Origin: Thermoproteota archaeon | GTDB taxonomy: Archaea; Thermoproteota; Thermoprotei_A; Sulfolobales; Ignisphaeraceae | Length of the DNA stretch: 64,000 bases | Assembly: GCA_030550585.1 (NCBI GenBank) | Contig: JAUQPB010000002.1 | Span: 192,001 to 256,000, forward strand | Direction: 5' to 3' | Part shown: positions 28,558 through 39,416 of the stretch, one piece after another | How positions within the stretch are numbered: position 1 is the stretch's first letter | How the letters are laid out: each line of letters opens with the position of its first letter | Program-made: the position numbers and the translations under genes | The notes under the pieces: model-generated | The model's database searches: none | What the model was told of the DNA's origin: nothing | The model's input: only the letters and a program-made list of their open reading frames with translations

Positions 28558-29622
28558 TCATTCAGACTTGAAAGCTAGGGCCTTGTCAGCGCTAAAACAT
28601 ATTTCAACAGAGTCTTTGTTTCCTACCATAGCTGGTTCCGGCAATAGAACTGTTAGAATCCCTATGTCAGTTTCCATTTCTGCTTCAATGGCATTTCCCA
28701 AAAAGCTCGTCCCTATTACCCTACCTGTAAACCTGTTCTCCATTGCATTGTCGCATTTCGTTGATATGTGGTGAGGCCTGATAACAATGTTTATAGAATC
28801 TCCTGGTCGAATCTCTTCGTTTGCTGTCTTCACAGCTTTGATAAGTTTGTTGCCTATTCTAGCTTCAATATACCTATTATCTATTCTAGTTGCTACACCA
28901 TTTATAACATTGGCTCTGCCAATGAATGTAGCTACAAAAACGTTTTTGGGGTTGTTGTAAATCTCTGTAGGTGTTCCGATCTGCATCACCTTGCCCTTGT
29001 TCATTACAGCCAATCTATCGGCTATTGCCATAGCCTCCTCCTGGTCATGTGTAACATATATAGCGGTTATTCCCAGTTTCTTTATGAGATTCCTAAGCTC
29101 TTCCCTCATATCTATTCTAAGTCTTGCATCCAAGTTGCTGAGAGGCTCATCCAAAAGAAGAATCTCTGGCTCAACCACAATAGCTCTTGCCAATGCAACC
29201 CTCTGTTGCTGTCCGCCAGAAAGCTGGTGTGGATACCTCTTCTCAAGGCCCTCGAGCTTTACAAGCTCCAAAGCCCATTTAACCCTTCTAGCTATCTCAT
29301 CCTTTGGCACACCCCTTATCTTTAATCCGTAAGCAATGTTATCAAATACTGTCATGTGCGGCCATAGAGCCCAGTTTTGGAATACCATCACAGCTTTTCT
29401 ATTCTGGGGTTTTTCAAAGGTTATATCAACTCCATTAACAATGATTCTCCCAGTATCAGGCACCTCTAGACCAGCTACAATTCTTAGAAGAGTTGTTTTT
29501 CCACATCCTGAAGGGCCTAGAATAGCGAACAACTCTCCTTTATCTATATGGAGAGTGACGTTGTCGAGAGCAATTGTGTTGCCAAACCTCTTGCTAACGC
29601 CAAGAATTTCTAGAAAAGCCAT
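28558..29622 (-). CDS. ABC transporter ATP-binding protein (Fe3+/polyamine/thiamine type, TOBE domain)
   Basis: GPSGCGKTT, LSGGQQQRVALARA, LLDEP and YVTHDQEEA. Confidence 0.93.
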   Translation of the reverse strand: MAFLEILGVSKRFGNTIALDNVTLHIDKGELFAILGPSGCGKTTLLRIVAGLEVPDTGRIIVNGVDITFEKPQNRKAVMVFQNWALWPHMTVFDNIAYGLKIRGVPKDEIARRVKWALELVKLEGLEKRYPHQLSGGQQQRVALARAIVVEPEILLLDEPLSNLDARLRIDMREELRNLIKKLGITAIYVTHDQEEAMAIADRLAVMNKGKVMQIGTPTEIYNNPKNVFVATFIGRANVINGVATRIDNRYIEARIGNKLIKAVKTANEEIRPGDSINIVIRPHHISTKCDNAMENRFTGRVIGTSFLGNAIEAEMETDIGILTVLLPEPAMVGNKDSVEICFSADKALAFKSE

Positions 29623-31445
29623 TATCTAACACCGAAGACGCTATAGCCCTTTAACAGAAACGTTGATATTGTTACAGCTATTAGTTGAAGAACTATTAGC
29701 ACAGCCCCTAAGGCACCAACTATCTGGGTTCCCTGAGGCGTCTCTAGATAGTTCTGCATAACAAACGTTATTGGTGCGGCATGTCCTATCGAAACACCCT
29801 TCAAGCCGCCTAGCATAACCCCTACACTTGTTTCGCTAATGCAGTAAACAAATGTTGTTATAGCACCACCAAAAATGTTTATCGCTATAGCTGGTAGTAT
29901 AACAGTGGCTATAGCCAAAAACCTTGAGGCTCCTAGGTTGATAGCAGCCTCCTCAAGAGATGTGGGTATTTGCTGTAAGCCAGCATAAATTGCTCTTACC
30001 ATAAATGGCATTCTCCTTATGGTATAAGCTATTGTAATTGCTATTCCAGGTGAGTATACGACAGGGTCAAAGACGCTGTTTTTGAATGGTGGTGTAGTGA
30101 ACAATAGGAAGAATCCAGAGGCTATGGCGATTCCAGGGATTGCAACAGGTATTGTGGCTAGCGTATCCAAGATATATGAAATAGCCCCTCTGGCTCTTGT
30201 AGATGAGTATGCAATGAGTATGGATATAACTAATATTATGCCTAAGGCTGTTATAGAGTACAATAAGCTGTTCCTTATTGCTGTTGAAACTATTGGATCT
30301 GTTAACATTGAGACAAAATTATCCGATGTAAACCCCTCTGGCAATGCACTATACCACCTAGATGAGAATGCCAATACAAAAACACCTATCTGTGGAATTG
30401 AAGAGAATAACAGAAACGGCAACAGAAACAAATATACAATTGCTGTACCAATTCTCGATAACTTAAATGGCTTCAAGGGCTTTGCACCCCTTCCTATAGA
30501 TGCATAGCTCTTTAGCGAGACATAGCCCCTTATGAGTATGAATATTATGGCGCTTACCAAAACAACGATTACAGTCATCAATAATGCGGCAGGGGATCTA
30601 GCCCCAGTCGTTGGATCCTGAAAACTTCTGAATATCTCATACGATATGAGCCTATCCTCTCCAAAAACAATGGGGTTTGCTATATCCTCAAGAGATAGTA
30701 TGAATGTTAGTGATGCTCCAGTGGCGATACCAGGGAGGGCTAGAGGTAATACAACATCTTTTAACACTCTAAACGTTGATGAGCCAAGATTCTGAGCCTG
30801 TTCAATTAAGGTATAGTCGATGTTAGCTATAGCTGCAGAGACATTTAGATAGACAATTACATATAAACCCAAGATTTGTGCTATAACAACTCCTGCCAAC
30901 CCCTCTAAGCCTATTCTAACTGGGATTCCAAGAACGTTGTCTATCATATATGAGAGTAGACCATACCTCCAATCAAAGAACTTTCTAACAACATAGCCGC
31001 TTGCGAATGGCGCTGCAAATAGTGGTAACATGGCTAGAACCTGGAGGAATCTTCTTCCAGGAAAGTCGTATAATGTTAGCACAATGGCTATTAGAGTTCC
31101 CACAGCGGTTGATACGACCATTGTTATTGTAGCTACTATAAAGCTGTTTATTATCGAGCCATAGCTAACCCCGCTAAGCAGAATCAAAGTAATATTGCTT
31201 CCACCGAAAACAACATTCCTTATACTAATTACATTTCCAATAGGCTTGGTAGAGACATACCTCGGATTTTGGAACACAAGCTCAGCTATTCGCATTGGAT
31301 TGGATTTTAATAGCTCTGATAACGGTAGTGCTAGTGGTATTAGAAGAAATATTGCTAGGTAGATTAGTGGAAATATTGTTGAGAAGAGCATGAAGGGGTC
31401 TGAGAATAAAAAATGGATTTTGTTTCTAATTTTTCTCATTCTCAT
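29622..31445 (-). CDS. ABC transporter permease, FbpB/ThiP type (two fused TM domains)
   Basis: Two EAA-like loops (LIEQAQNLGS and LEEAAINLGAS). Confidence 0.9.
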   Translation of the reverse strand: MRMRKIRNKIHFLFSDPFMLFSTIFPLIYLAIFLLIPLALPLSELLKSNPMRIAELVFQNPRYVSTKPIGNVISIRNVVFGGSNITLILLSGVSYGSIINSFIVATITMVVSTAVGTLIAIVLTLYDFPGRRFLQVLAMLPLFAAPFASGYVVRKFFDWRYGLLSYMIDNVLGIPVRIGLEGLAGVVIAQILGLYVIVYLNVSAAIANIDYTLIEQAQNLGSSTFRVLKDVVLPLALPGIATGASLTFILSLEDIANPIVFGEDRLISYEIFRSFQDPTTGARSPAALLMTVIVVLVSAIIFILIRGYVSLKSYASIGRGAKPLKPFKLSRIGTAIVYLFLLPFLLFSSIPQIGVFVLAFSSRWYSALPEGFTSDNFVSMLTDPIVSTAIRNSLLYSITALGIILVISILIAYSSTRARGAISYILDTLATIPVAIPGIAIASGFFLLFTTPPFKNSVFDPVVYSPGIAITIAYTIRRMPFMVRAIYAGLQQIPTSLEEAAINLGASRFLAIATVILPAIAINIFGGAITTFVYCISETSVGVMLGGLKGVSIGHAAPITFVMQNYLETPQGTQIVGALGAVLIVLQLIAVTISTFLLKGYSVFGVR

Positions 31446-31452
31446 CTAAGCT

Positions 31453-32868
31453 TCATCCAATTTTTTGAAGTTCATTTAGTATCGAGTTGAATTTCTCAAC
31501 AGCCTTCTGCGTCCATATAGTCATGAGTTGTTGTTCCAAAGTTTTATCGCCAGCCATTTTGCTGGCAATACCTTTGGCATAATCCTTTGTGAATGTGACT
31601 TCAGAACCTGTTATGGGGTCTGTGAATGTTAAAGGCTTTGAAAGTTGTGTTACATAGTAGTCAAATTGTTGTTGTGTTATCAAACCTCTTGTGTATAGGT
31701 CGACAAGCTTCTTCCAAACTTCTACAAGCTGGTCATGAGCATCTATAAGTACAGCTTTGAAGTATCTTGCAACAGCATATTCATACTTCATAACATCGGA
31801 ATCGTTGAACGGCATTGGGGTTAGACTCAGAGTCTTGTAGTAAATCTCTTTGAGATCAGCTCTCTGCTGCCCCTCGGGAGTGTTCCAAACATCTGGATTT
31901 ACAGGAAGCCTGTTAACCTTCTTATCTAGCAAAATCCTTTGCCCCTCTGTCAAAGCCCAGGCTATGAAGGCTTGTGCAGCCTCTCTATGCTTTGAGGTGT
32001 TGAACAAGGCTATAGGGTCTCCATTAACTATTGTTTTCAGCGGTATGACGAAGCTGCAGTTGGGGTTTTGAACCATTGCTATGTAGCCATAGTAGTCAAC
32101 AGCTATTGTAGCAGCAAACTCACCTCTTATGACATAGTCTCTCGCATCTGACGCAGAGTCAATTATCTTTGAGTTTGCCGCTAGAAGCGTGAGGTATTTC
32201 CACCCGTTGTCCCATCCATAAGCCTCTAAGATGATTTCGTATATTCTTAGATGGCTTGTACTCTTAAGGGGGTTTGCAATAACTATTGCTGGAGAGCCAT
32301 AGACATTTATAACCCTTCCATATTCGGGGCTTGTCAAGTTACTCCAATCAATTGGCTTTGGAATGCCATAGTCTTTCAACAGCTTGTTGTTTGTGATTAT
32401 CCCAAAGCTTGATATCGCCTGTGCAACCCAATACACATTTCCATCGCTTCCATATCTCTTCATCGGCGCTCCAAGTATTGTGTCCGGTATCTTGCTTAGA
32501 GCCTCTCTAACCTCGTTGGATGTTAGAGGAGCTAGCCAACCCTCTCTGTAAAGCGAGTCGAAGAGTGAGGGGCCACCACCCCAGCCAACATCTGCACCAT
32601 GACTCTTGAGATAGTCTCTCCACTGTCCAGAGTCTAGAGAGAGGAACTGTACATCAACGATATTATACTTCTTGGCAATGTCGCTCTTCAGAAATGCGTC
32701 GCGAGCCAAATTGAGAAGGTCTTGGGGATGCCTTGTTAATACAACAAGTGTGATCGCTTCTTTTTTGCTACCTGCGACAAAGAGATAGTATATTGAGGCT
32801 CCTGCAACAACAATAAGAACTACTACTATTATAACGACAACTGTTTTTGATACACCCTTCAACAACAT
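31453..32868 (-). CDS. ABC transporter substrate-binding protein (Fe3+/thiamine-like)
   Basis: N-terminal anchor, DVGWGGGP, NPLKSTS and GDPIAL. Confidence 0.88.
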   Translation of the reverse strand: MLLKGVSKTVVVIIVVVLIVVAGASIYYLFVAGSKKEAITLVVLTRHPQDLLNLARDAFLKSDIAKKYNIVDVQFLSLDSGQWRDYLKSHGADVGWGGGPSLFDSLYREGWLAPLTSNEVREALSKIPDTILGAPMKRYGSDGNVYWVAQAISSFGIITNNKLLKDYGIPKPIDWSNLTSPEYGRVINVYGSPAIVIANPLKSTSHLRIYEIILEAYGWDNGWKYLTLLAANSKIIDSASDARDYVIRGEFAATIAVDYYGYIAMVQNPNCSFVIPLKTIVNGDPIALFNTSKHREAAQAFIAWALTEGQRILLDKKVNRLPVNPDVWNTPEGQQRADLKEIYYKTLSLTPMPFNDSDVMKYEYAVARYFKAVLIDAHDQLVEVWKKLVDLYTRGLITQQQFDYYVTQLSKPLTFTDPITGSEVTFTKDYAKGIASKMAGDKTLEQQLMTIWTQKAVEKFNSILNELQKIG

Positions 32869-33263
32869 AGACCATCAAGTATATCAGTTTTGCAGAAGGG
32901 ATATAAATCTTTGTTTTCTACAGCTATACACAATTTTACATGAGCTATGTTACATATACCTCTATATAAAATAAAATCTCTAAGCGATATCGAATCTTTG
33001 GGATGAAGAAACGCATCCTTAATGATAGATGATTGGGAGGACTCCTCTGACCACGCAAAAGATGTTACTATGTGGGCTTTGGTGTTTAAGCCGAGAGCTG
33101 TTGTTTACATAGCTGGCTCAAGTTTGTTTCTAATAAATCAAGGTGTTGAAGGTATTGCTTATGGTCTAGAATTAAATGAGGTTGTTCATATGTGTAGTGA
33201 ATACATTTAATAGCTGAGGTTAAGCTGCTGCAAAAATCTATGTAGAGTTTCTAAAGCTTCTAG

Positions 33264-34259
33264 CTATATCCAAGCGAATTTTTCCTTGCCTAGAAACTCT
33301 CTAACAGTTTTCCTTACAGCTTCTTTCGATGAGAGCCTAGGCCTCCACTGGGTCAAGCTAACAATCTTTGATATGTCGAGAAGCATGAACTTTACGTCGC
33401 CTGGCCATCCTCTGCCGTCAGGAGTTACCCGGACATACTTATACTGTACATTCTTGAGGTTCATTTCGTCGACCACTATGTCTGCTATCTCCTTAACTGT
33501 AATCCAATCGTTATTCCCAATGTTGAATACATGGAACCCTTTATTGTTTTTAGCATATAGCGTAATGGCCATTGTGGCTTCTATGGTGTCTGACACATGT
33601 AAATAGCTTTTTCTTTGCGTGCCATCGCCAAGAATCTCTAGCGTAGTTGGATTATTCCTCAACTTATTTATGAAGTCTATTATAACCCCATGGTTGGATC
33701 TATAGCCGATAATGTTAGCATATCTTCCAATAGCAATACTAAAACCATATAGATGAGAGTAAGAGTGGTAGAGCATTTCACAAGCAGCCTTAGATGCTCC
33801 ATAGACAGAGATAGGCCTTAGAGCATAGTCTTCAGGTGTCGGGATCTTCTCTGCATCTCCGTAGACAGTTGAGGAACTTGCAAAGAAATGCAACTTAACA
33901 TCATTTAATCTAGAAGCCTCTAGAACATTAAATGTTGCAACAACATTTTCATTGAAATGAGTTCTAGGTTCAATAGATGATACTCTAACTTCTGGATTGG
34001 CAGCAAAATGAAAAACAGTATCAGCCTCTCTGAAAACATCAACCCACTTTCTATCAAAAAACTTTAAATCTGCATTAACTAAAACAAAATACTCTTTTCC
34101 AAGGTGATGCTCAACATTTTTGAGAGAGCCACTGCTAAAGTTATCTATAACAACAATTTTCTTAGCCAAACTCTTTGCAACAAGATAATCTACTAAGTGA
34201 CTACCGATAAAACCAGCCCCACCAGTAACAACAACTTTCTCAAAAATCTCTTGTTTCAT
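33264..34259 (-). CDS. NAD-dependent epimerase/dehydratase (UDP-glucose 4-epimerase-like)
   Basis: VTGGAGFIGSHL, ASSSTVYG, YGASK and GDGTQRKSY. Confidence 0.9.
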   Translation of the reverse strand: MKQEIFEKVVVTGGAGFIGSHLVDYLVAKSLAKKIVVIDNFSSGSLKNVEHHLGKEYFVLVNADLKFFDRKWVDVFREADTVFHFAANPEVRVSSIEPRTHFNENVVATFNVLEASRLNDVKLHFFASSSTVYGDAEKIPTPEDYALRPISVYGASKAACEMLYHSYSHLYGFSIAIGRYANIIGYRSNHGVIIDFINKLRNNPTTLEILGDGTQRKSYLHVSDTIEATMAITLYAKNNKGFHVFNIGNNDWITVKEIADIVVDEMNLKNVQYKYVRVTPDGRGWPGDVKFMLLDISKIVSLTQWRPRLSSKEAVRKTVREFLGKEKFAWI

Positions 34260-34435
34260 AGTTAAACACACTTAACAACCCAGAAAGTGAAGATAAAGAA
34301 AATTTAAGCATTTTTCTCTTAAAAGTTTGAAATATTATAAACCTGTTCATAAGCCAAGTTCTCTCTATCAAATACCTATAGCCTTTAATATCATAGAATA
34401 GAAATTAAATGAACTATTTCAATTTGAAGAAAACT

Positions 34436-35401
34436 CTATTTTTGATAAAGCCAGCATTTAACAATAACATCTCCTATTGCAATAGTTGGAGGCTCTGATT
34501 TAAAGCATATGTCTTTTGCATGTGGGCATCTACCAGCATATTTACATCCTTTTGCAATAAACTCTTTCTCTTCAATTGTTGCTGAAAGTTTTATAGCACT
34601 TAGCCACTTGTTTCTCAATCTAATATCTGGTATTGGAACTGAAAGCAATAGTGTTTGGGTATAGGGGTGTAGTGGCTCGCTTAAAACCTTTTCAACAGGT
34701 CCTTGCTCAACAACCCAACCTCTATACATTATAGCTATCCAGTCACTTATATAGTAAGCTGTTGAGAGATCGTGCGTTATGTATATAAAAGATATTTTTA
34801 AATCATCTTTCAATTCTTTGAATAAATTAACAATATTTATTCTTAGAGATGCATCAAGCATTGAAACGGGTTCATCAGCTATTATAAGTCTTGGCTTTGT
34901 AATTAATGCTCTTGCAATTGAAACTCTCTGAAGCTCTCCACCAGAAAACTCATGTGGATACTTACCAACAACCTTCTCAAGATTTAGCCCAACTCTTCTC
35001 AAAACCTCGTCTATATAACCATCAATTTCATCTCTACTTAAACCAGCAACGTTCTTAGCAGTGTCATAGAGATATCCATAGACCTTTCTAAGGGGGTTAA
35101 AAGCTGCGTAAGGATCTTGGAAAACAGCTTGCACTTCCTTTTTAAACCACTTCATTTCACTTGAAGATAACTTGAAAATATCTTTACCCTTATACAAAAC
35201 ACTTCCATATTCGGGTCTATGAACACCTAGTATTATTCTAGCAAGTGTTGTTTTACCGGATCCGGATTCCCCAGCCAACGTAAATATAAATGGCTTATCC
35301 TCTAATGAAATATTTATATTGTCTACAGCCTTAAATGAAAATCCGAAAAAGCCATATCTAAAAATCTTTGTTACATTCTTTAATTCTAAAAGCATAGCCA
35401 T
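34436..35401 (-). CDS. Opp-type ABC ATP-binding protein (OppF-like)
   Basis: GESGSGKTT, FSGGELQR, ADEPVSMLD, HPYT and the C-terminal Cys cluster. Confidence 0.92.
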   Translation of the reverse strand: MAMLLELKNVTKIFRYGFFGFSFKAVDNINISLEDKPFIFTLAGESGSGKTTLARIILGVHRPEYGSVLYKGKDIFKLSSSEMKWFKKEVQAVFQDPYAAFNPLRKVYGYLYDTAKNVAGLSRDEIDGYIDEVLRRVGLNLEKVVGKYPHEFSGGELQRVSIARALITKPRLIIADEPVSMLDASLRINIVNLFKELKDDLKISFIYITHDLSTAYYISDWIAIMYRGWVVEQGPVEKVLSEPLHPYTQTLLLSVPIPDIRLRNKWLSAIKLSATIEEKEFIAKGCKYAGRCPHAKDICFKSEPPTIAIGDVIVKCWLYQK

Positions 35402-35407
35402 GTAAAT

Positions 35408-36397
35408 TCACCTCCTAATATATAGCCAGCATGAAACAAATCTATTCTTTTCAATTTCAATCATAGGCGGCTCCTCCTTTCTACAAATATCCATTGCAAA
35501 TGGGCACCTAGGATGGAATCTACAACCAGGTGGAGGATTCCTCAAATCTGGTGGAGACCCAGCCAAACCTGTTCTAAGCGTTTTGTCACCTATTCTTGGA
35601 AGAGAGTCTATTAAAGCTTTTGTGTATGGATGTAGAGGTTTTTCAAATATGTCTTCTGTTCTTCCAATTTCAACAACTTTACCAGCATACATGACAGCCA
35701 GTTTATTTGTGACCATAGCATGAACACCCATGTCATGCGATACCAAAACCACTGTGTTTTTTAATTCACTTTGCTTATTGAGAAGTATTTGAAGAACACC
35801 TCTCTGTACAACAACATCAAGAGCACTCGTAGGCTCATCAGCTAAAACGACCTTTGGTTTAAGCAACAATGCAAGCGCTATAACAACTCTTTGCCTCATA
35901 CCACCTGAAAGCTGGTGGGGATAGGCATCCAAAACAGATTTGGATAGTCCAAAACTTTCAACATATTCAGTGGCAATTTTCAACGCATCATCTTTATCTA
36001 TTCTCTCATGTGTTGTTAAAATCTCTACAAAATGATCTTTTATTTTCTCAACAGGATTCAAAACATTCATTGCATTTTGAGGAATCCATGAAATCTCCTT
36101 CCACCAAACTCTGGATCTCCTTAGCTCAGATGAAATTGAGAGAACATCAATATAACTATCATTAGATGTGAATATTTTTATATTACCTCTTAAAACTTTT
36201 AATGGTGATATGATATATCCATACATAATTTTTAGAAGAGTTGATTTGCCACAACCAGATTCTCCAGCAATACCAAACACAACATTATCATCAATACTAA
36301 TACTTACATTGCTTACAGCATCAACATAAATCTTCTTCCCCAAAGACTCAAACTCATAACCTCCAACAACATTCTCAACAGACAATAATACACCCAT
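35408..36397 (-). CDS. Opp-type ABC ATP-binding protein (OppD-like)
   Basis: GESGCGKST, LSGGMRQR, ADEPTSALD and GCRFHPRCP. Confidence 0.92.
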   Translation of the reverse strand: MGVLLSVENVVGGYEFESLGKKIYVDAVSNVSISIDDNVVFGIAGESGCGKSTLLKIMYGYIISPLKVLRGNIKIFTSNDSYIDVLSISSELRRSRVWWKEISWIPQNAMNVLNPVEKIKDHFVEILTTHERIDKDDALKIATEYVESFGLSKSVLDAYPHQLSGGMRQRVVIALALLLKPKVVLADEPTSALDVVVQRGVLQILLNKQSELKNTVVLVSHDMGVHAMVTNKLAVMYAGKVVEIGRTEDIFEKPLHPYTKALIDSLPRIGDKTLRTGLAGSPPDLRNPPPGCRFHPRCPFAMDICRKEEPPMIEIEKNRFVSCWLYIRR

Positions 36398-36407
36398 AAA
36401 ACCACCC

Positions 36408-37301
36408 CTATCTTTGTCTCAGCCTTGGATTGAAGTACTCCTGAAGAGAGAAGGAGATTAGGTACAGTGATATAAAGATCAGTATCAATACAACTATAGG
36501 AGGCATTATCCACCACAGCTTACCTCTATAAAGCGCCCCATAGTGCTGAGCCCAATAAATCATTGTACCCAATGTATCTTTATCTAATATGGAAAGTCCT
36601 AGAATTGCTAATCCAGCTTCTGAGCCTATAGCATATAAAACAGTATTAGTCGCATTTATTAAATGCCAACCTAGAATAAATGGCATGAGTTCTGCTACCA
36701 CAATTTTAAATGTGCTAGCACCAGAAAGTTTAGCTGTTAACACAAAATCTCTTTCTCTTAAACTTAACACAATCGCTCTTACTTGTCTGGCAGGCCAAGG
36801 CCAAGACGTTATCGATATCATAAGTCCTAGTATAGGAATAGTAATATGATCTTTAAGTACAAATGCCAAGACCAGTAGTAGTGGAAAGCCAGGAATAGTA
36901 ATAAATGTATCTGTGACTAACATAAGTAGTCTATCGATTAAACCGCCTTTTAACCCGGCTATAAGCCCTATTAACAATCCAACATTGGCTGCTACAAGTG
37001 TTATTATAGTTGCTATTATCAATGAGTTCACTATTGCATTCGTTAAACTCCAGAAAACAGATCTGCCATTACTAGTTGTACCTAATATCAAATCGATTGA
37101 TTGAAGCGATGGTGGCAGATCCTTTCTAAAATAATACCAAAACGTATAATATGATGGAGAAAATATTGATATTAAACCTAAGGCAAGTATACCTAAAAAC
37201 ATTGTGAAGCCCAGCCTAAACTTCAAGTCTCTTCTATACAACTCTTTGAACCCTTTTAATATACCTTTTAATATATTGTAAAACGATACCAGATTAACCA
37301 T
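36408..37301 (-). CDS. Opp-type ABC permease (OppC-like)
   Basis: LGTTSNGRSVF, RERDFVLTAKLSGAS and NPRLR. Confidence 0.9.
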   Translation of the reverse strand: MVNLVSFYNILKGILKGFKELYRRDLKFRLGFTMFLGILALGLISIFSPSYYTFWYYFRKDLPPSLQSIDLILGTTSNGRSVFWSLTNAIVNSLIIATIITLVAANVGLLIGLIAGLKGGLIDRLLMLVTDTFITIPGFPLLLVLAFVLKDHITIPILGLMISITSWPWPARQVRAIVLSLRERDFVLTAKLSGASTFKIVVAELMPFILGWHLINATNTVLYAIGSEAGLAILGLSILDKDTLGTMIYWAQHYGALYRGKLWWIMPPIVVLILIFISLYLISFSLQEYFNPRLRQR

Positions 37302-37310
37302 ATTGATAAC

Positions 37311-38156
37311 TCACCTATACCTAACTCTAGGATCTATGAATGGGTAAATTAAGTCTATTATTAATGTAGCTGTAGCGACACCAATTATAGATAGAGACAA
37401 TATAGTCATAGCAGTAGCGTAGTCGCCCATTCCAACAGCTCGATAAAGTAGTTGACCAAGACCTGGATAGGCAAAGATGACTTCGGTTAATAGCGCACCA
37501 CCAAATATATTACCTAGTGATAGAGCCAATGCTGTTGTTTGAGGCAACAAAATATTTCTCATAATATATCTCCTGAATATTAAGTCTCTTGGCAATCCTC
37601 TCAACTCGGCATACAAATAATAATCCTCTGACATAACATTAAGTGTTAATGTACTTGAGCTTAAAAACCACCACCCAAGCATGCTAGGCAAGATTATTGA
37701 TAAAGCTGGTAAGAAAGATCTATATATTATATCAAATATTGTTGTTAGAGATATTTCGCTAACTGGAGCGCCACCGGTGAGAGGGAAAAGAGGGATTAGG
37801 TAGGCAAAAAGATAAACTAAAACCAAAGCCATTATGTAATAAGGAATTGGATACAGTGTTAATGCCATCGCTTGCAACACCTTTGAGATCCTAGATCCTC
37901 TTCTAAACGACGAAATAGCGCCCAAAACATTACCTATAACCCATGAAATTATGGTAGTTGTTGCCAACAAGCCTATTGTCCATGGTAGTTGTCTCCACAC
38001 TAGGTACTTGGCGGGGGTTGGAAAAGATATAGTCGACGGACCAAAATCCATTGTGAGAAACCTTCTTAGAAAAGTTATGTATTGATCCCATAAACTGCCC
38101 TTTAAACCAAAAATCTCATATAAACTCTCTCTAAGGGCTATCAATGCCTGAGGATC
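37311..38156 (-). pseudogene. Opp-type ABC permease (OppB-like), N-terminally deleted
   Basis: Begins at DPQALIALRESLYEIFGL; the first TM/PGDP region is missing. Ends IDPRVRYR. Confidence 0.8.
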
Positions 38157-39184
38157 TACGGCTTATCTGCATATATGTATCTAACTAATGGTAATACATT
38201 AGGTATTGGAGCAGAGCCATCTGGTCCTACAAATGCATTGTATATCGCATAGAAGTCTATCGCAAATGTAAGAGCTCTCCTAACTTCTGTTATATTATAT
38301 GGGTATCTTAAAACATTGAATCCAATACCCTTTACACAAGCATCAAATGGCCACGCAAATGGCGGTTGACTCCTCCAACCGCCTATATATGGATTGGCCT
38401 TCCAAACAATTTCGAAGTTTTCTGGTAGGAAGGTTCTAATAGCATCCAATTCATGTCTTGACATAGCCAGGGCTTTCTTTTCTTCTGGGCCTTGATGTAT
38501 GAACAACACATATTTTGGCCCAGGCTTTATACCATATAGTTTTGTGCCCCACCAATTCTCATTTCTCTCCCATAGGAACCAAGTACCGCCTGGATCAACA
38601 TCTTTTAGAACATATGGCCCTAGACATACTGGTGGATAGAATTTATATGCAACTGGATCCTCAACCTTTTCCCATATATGTTTTGGAAGTAGATGTGGAA
38701 TTGATGCTCCATATATTATCACTGTCCAGTAATAGTGGAATCTTGGATTAGGCTGTTTAAGTTCTATAACAACCGTATAGTTATCAAGTTTATAGTATTT
38801 ATCAACCCACGGCGTTAAGGTGTAATAACAGCCAAACTTTGGATTCTTCATACATATGTCAATGGTGAATAGTACATCATCTGCTGTGAAAGGTGTTCCA
38901 TCACTCCATGTAACACCTTTTCTAAGGTATATCTTCACAGTTTTGAGATCTGGTGAGTATTCTGGTGGTGCTGCAGCTGCATATGATATTAATTCGCTAT
39001 TTGTTGTATTAATATACCATAAATGTCCTGCACATACTTGGCTCATACCATTGCCTCCAATAGAAGGCTTACCTGGTACAAAGAAGTTAAAGTCGTATGG
39101 ATCTACAAATACACCCCAGTGATTTTCGACAACAAGAACATCTCCTCTTGGAACTCCTGGTGGCAGAGGTAACTGTGCTTCAAC
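38156..39184 (-). pseudogene. Family 5 substrate-binding protein fragment (oligosaccharide-type)
   Basis: VPRGDVLVV, LRKGVTWSDGTPFTADDV and GPYVL. An in-frame TAA precedes VEAQLP (no signal peptide), and the C-terminal half is absent. Confidence 0.82.
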
Positions 39185-39416
39185 TTATATATGATTTAAC
39201 CCCCTAGTTGCTATACATAATTGTTAGAGTCTGTAATCTTTTTATAGTGGTGGTGAATATCTAAAGCTTAAATTTGTATATTTCAAAAGTATTAGCAAAG
39301 GATTTTGTTGACTGGATTTTGTAGTTGTATAATAAATAGAAAGTTGAATTACGTAAACAGACGCCTGTTTGTAGATGAACTAAGTAAAATATGCTCTTCA
39401 CGGGGGTAGAGATCTT

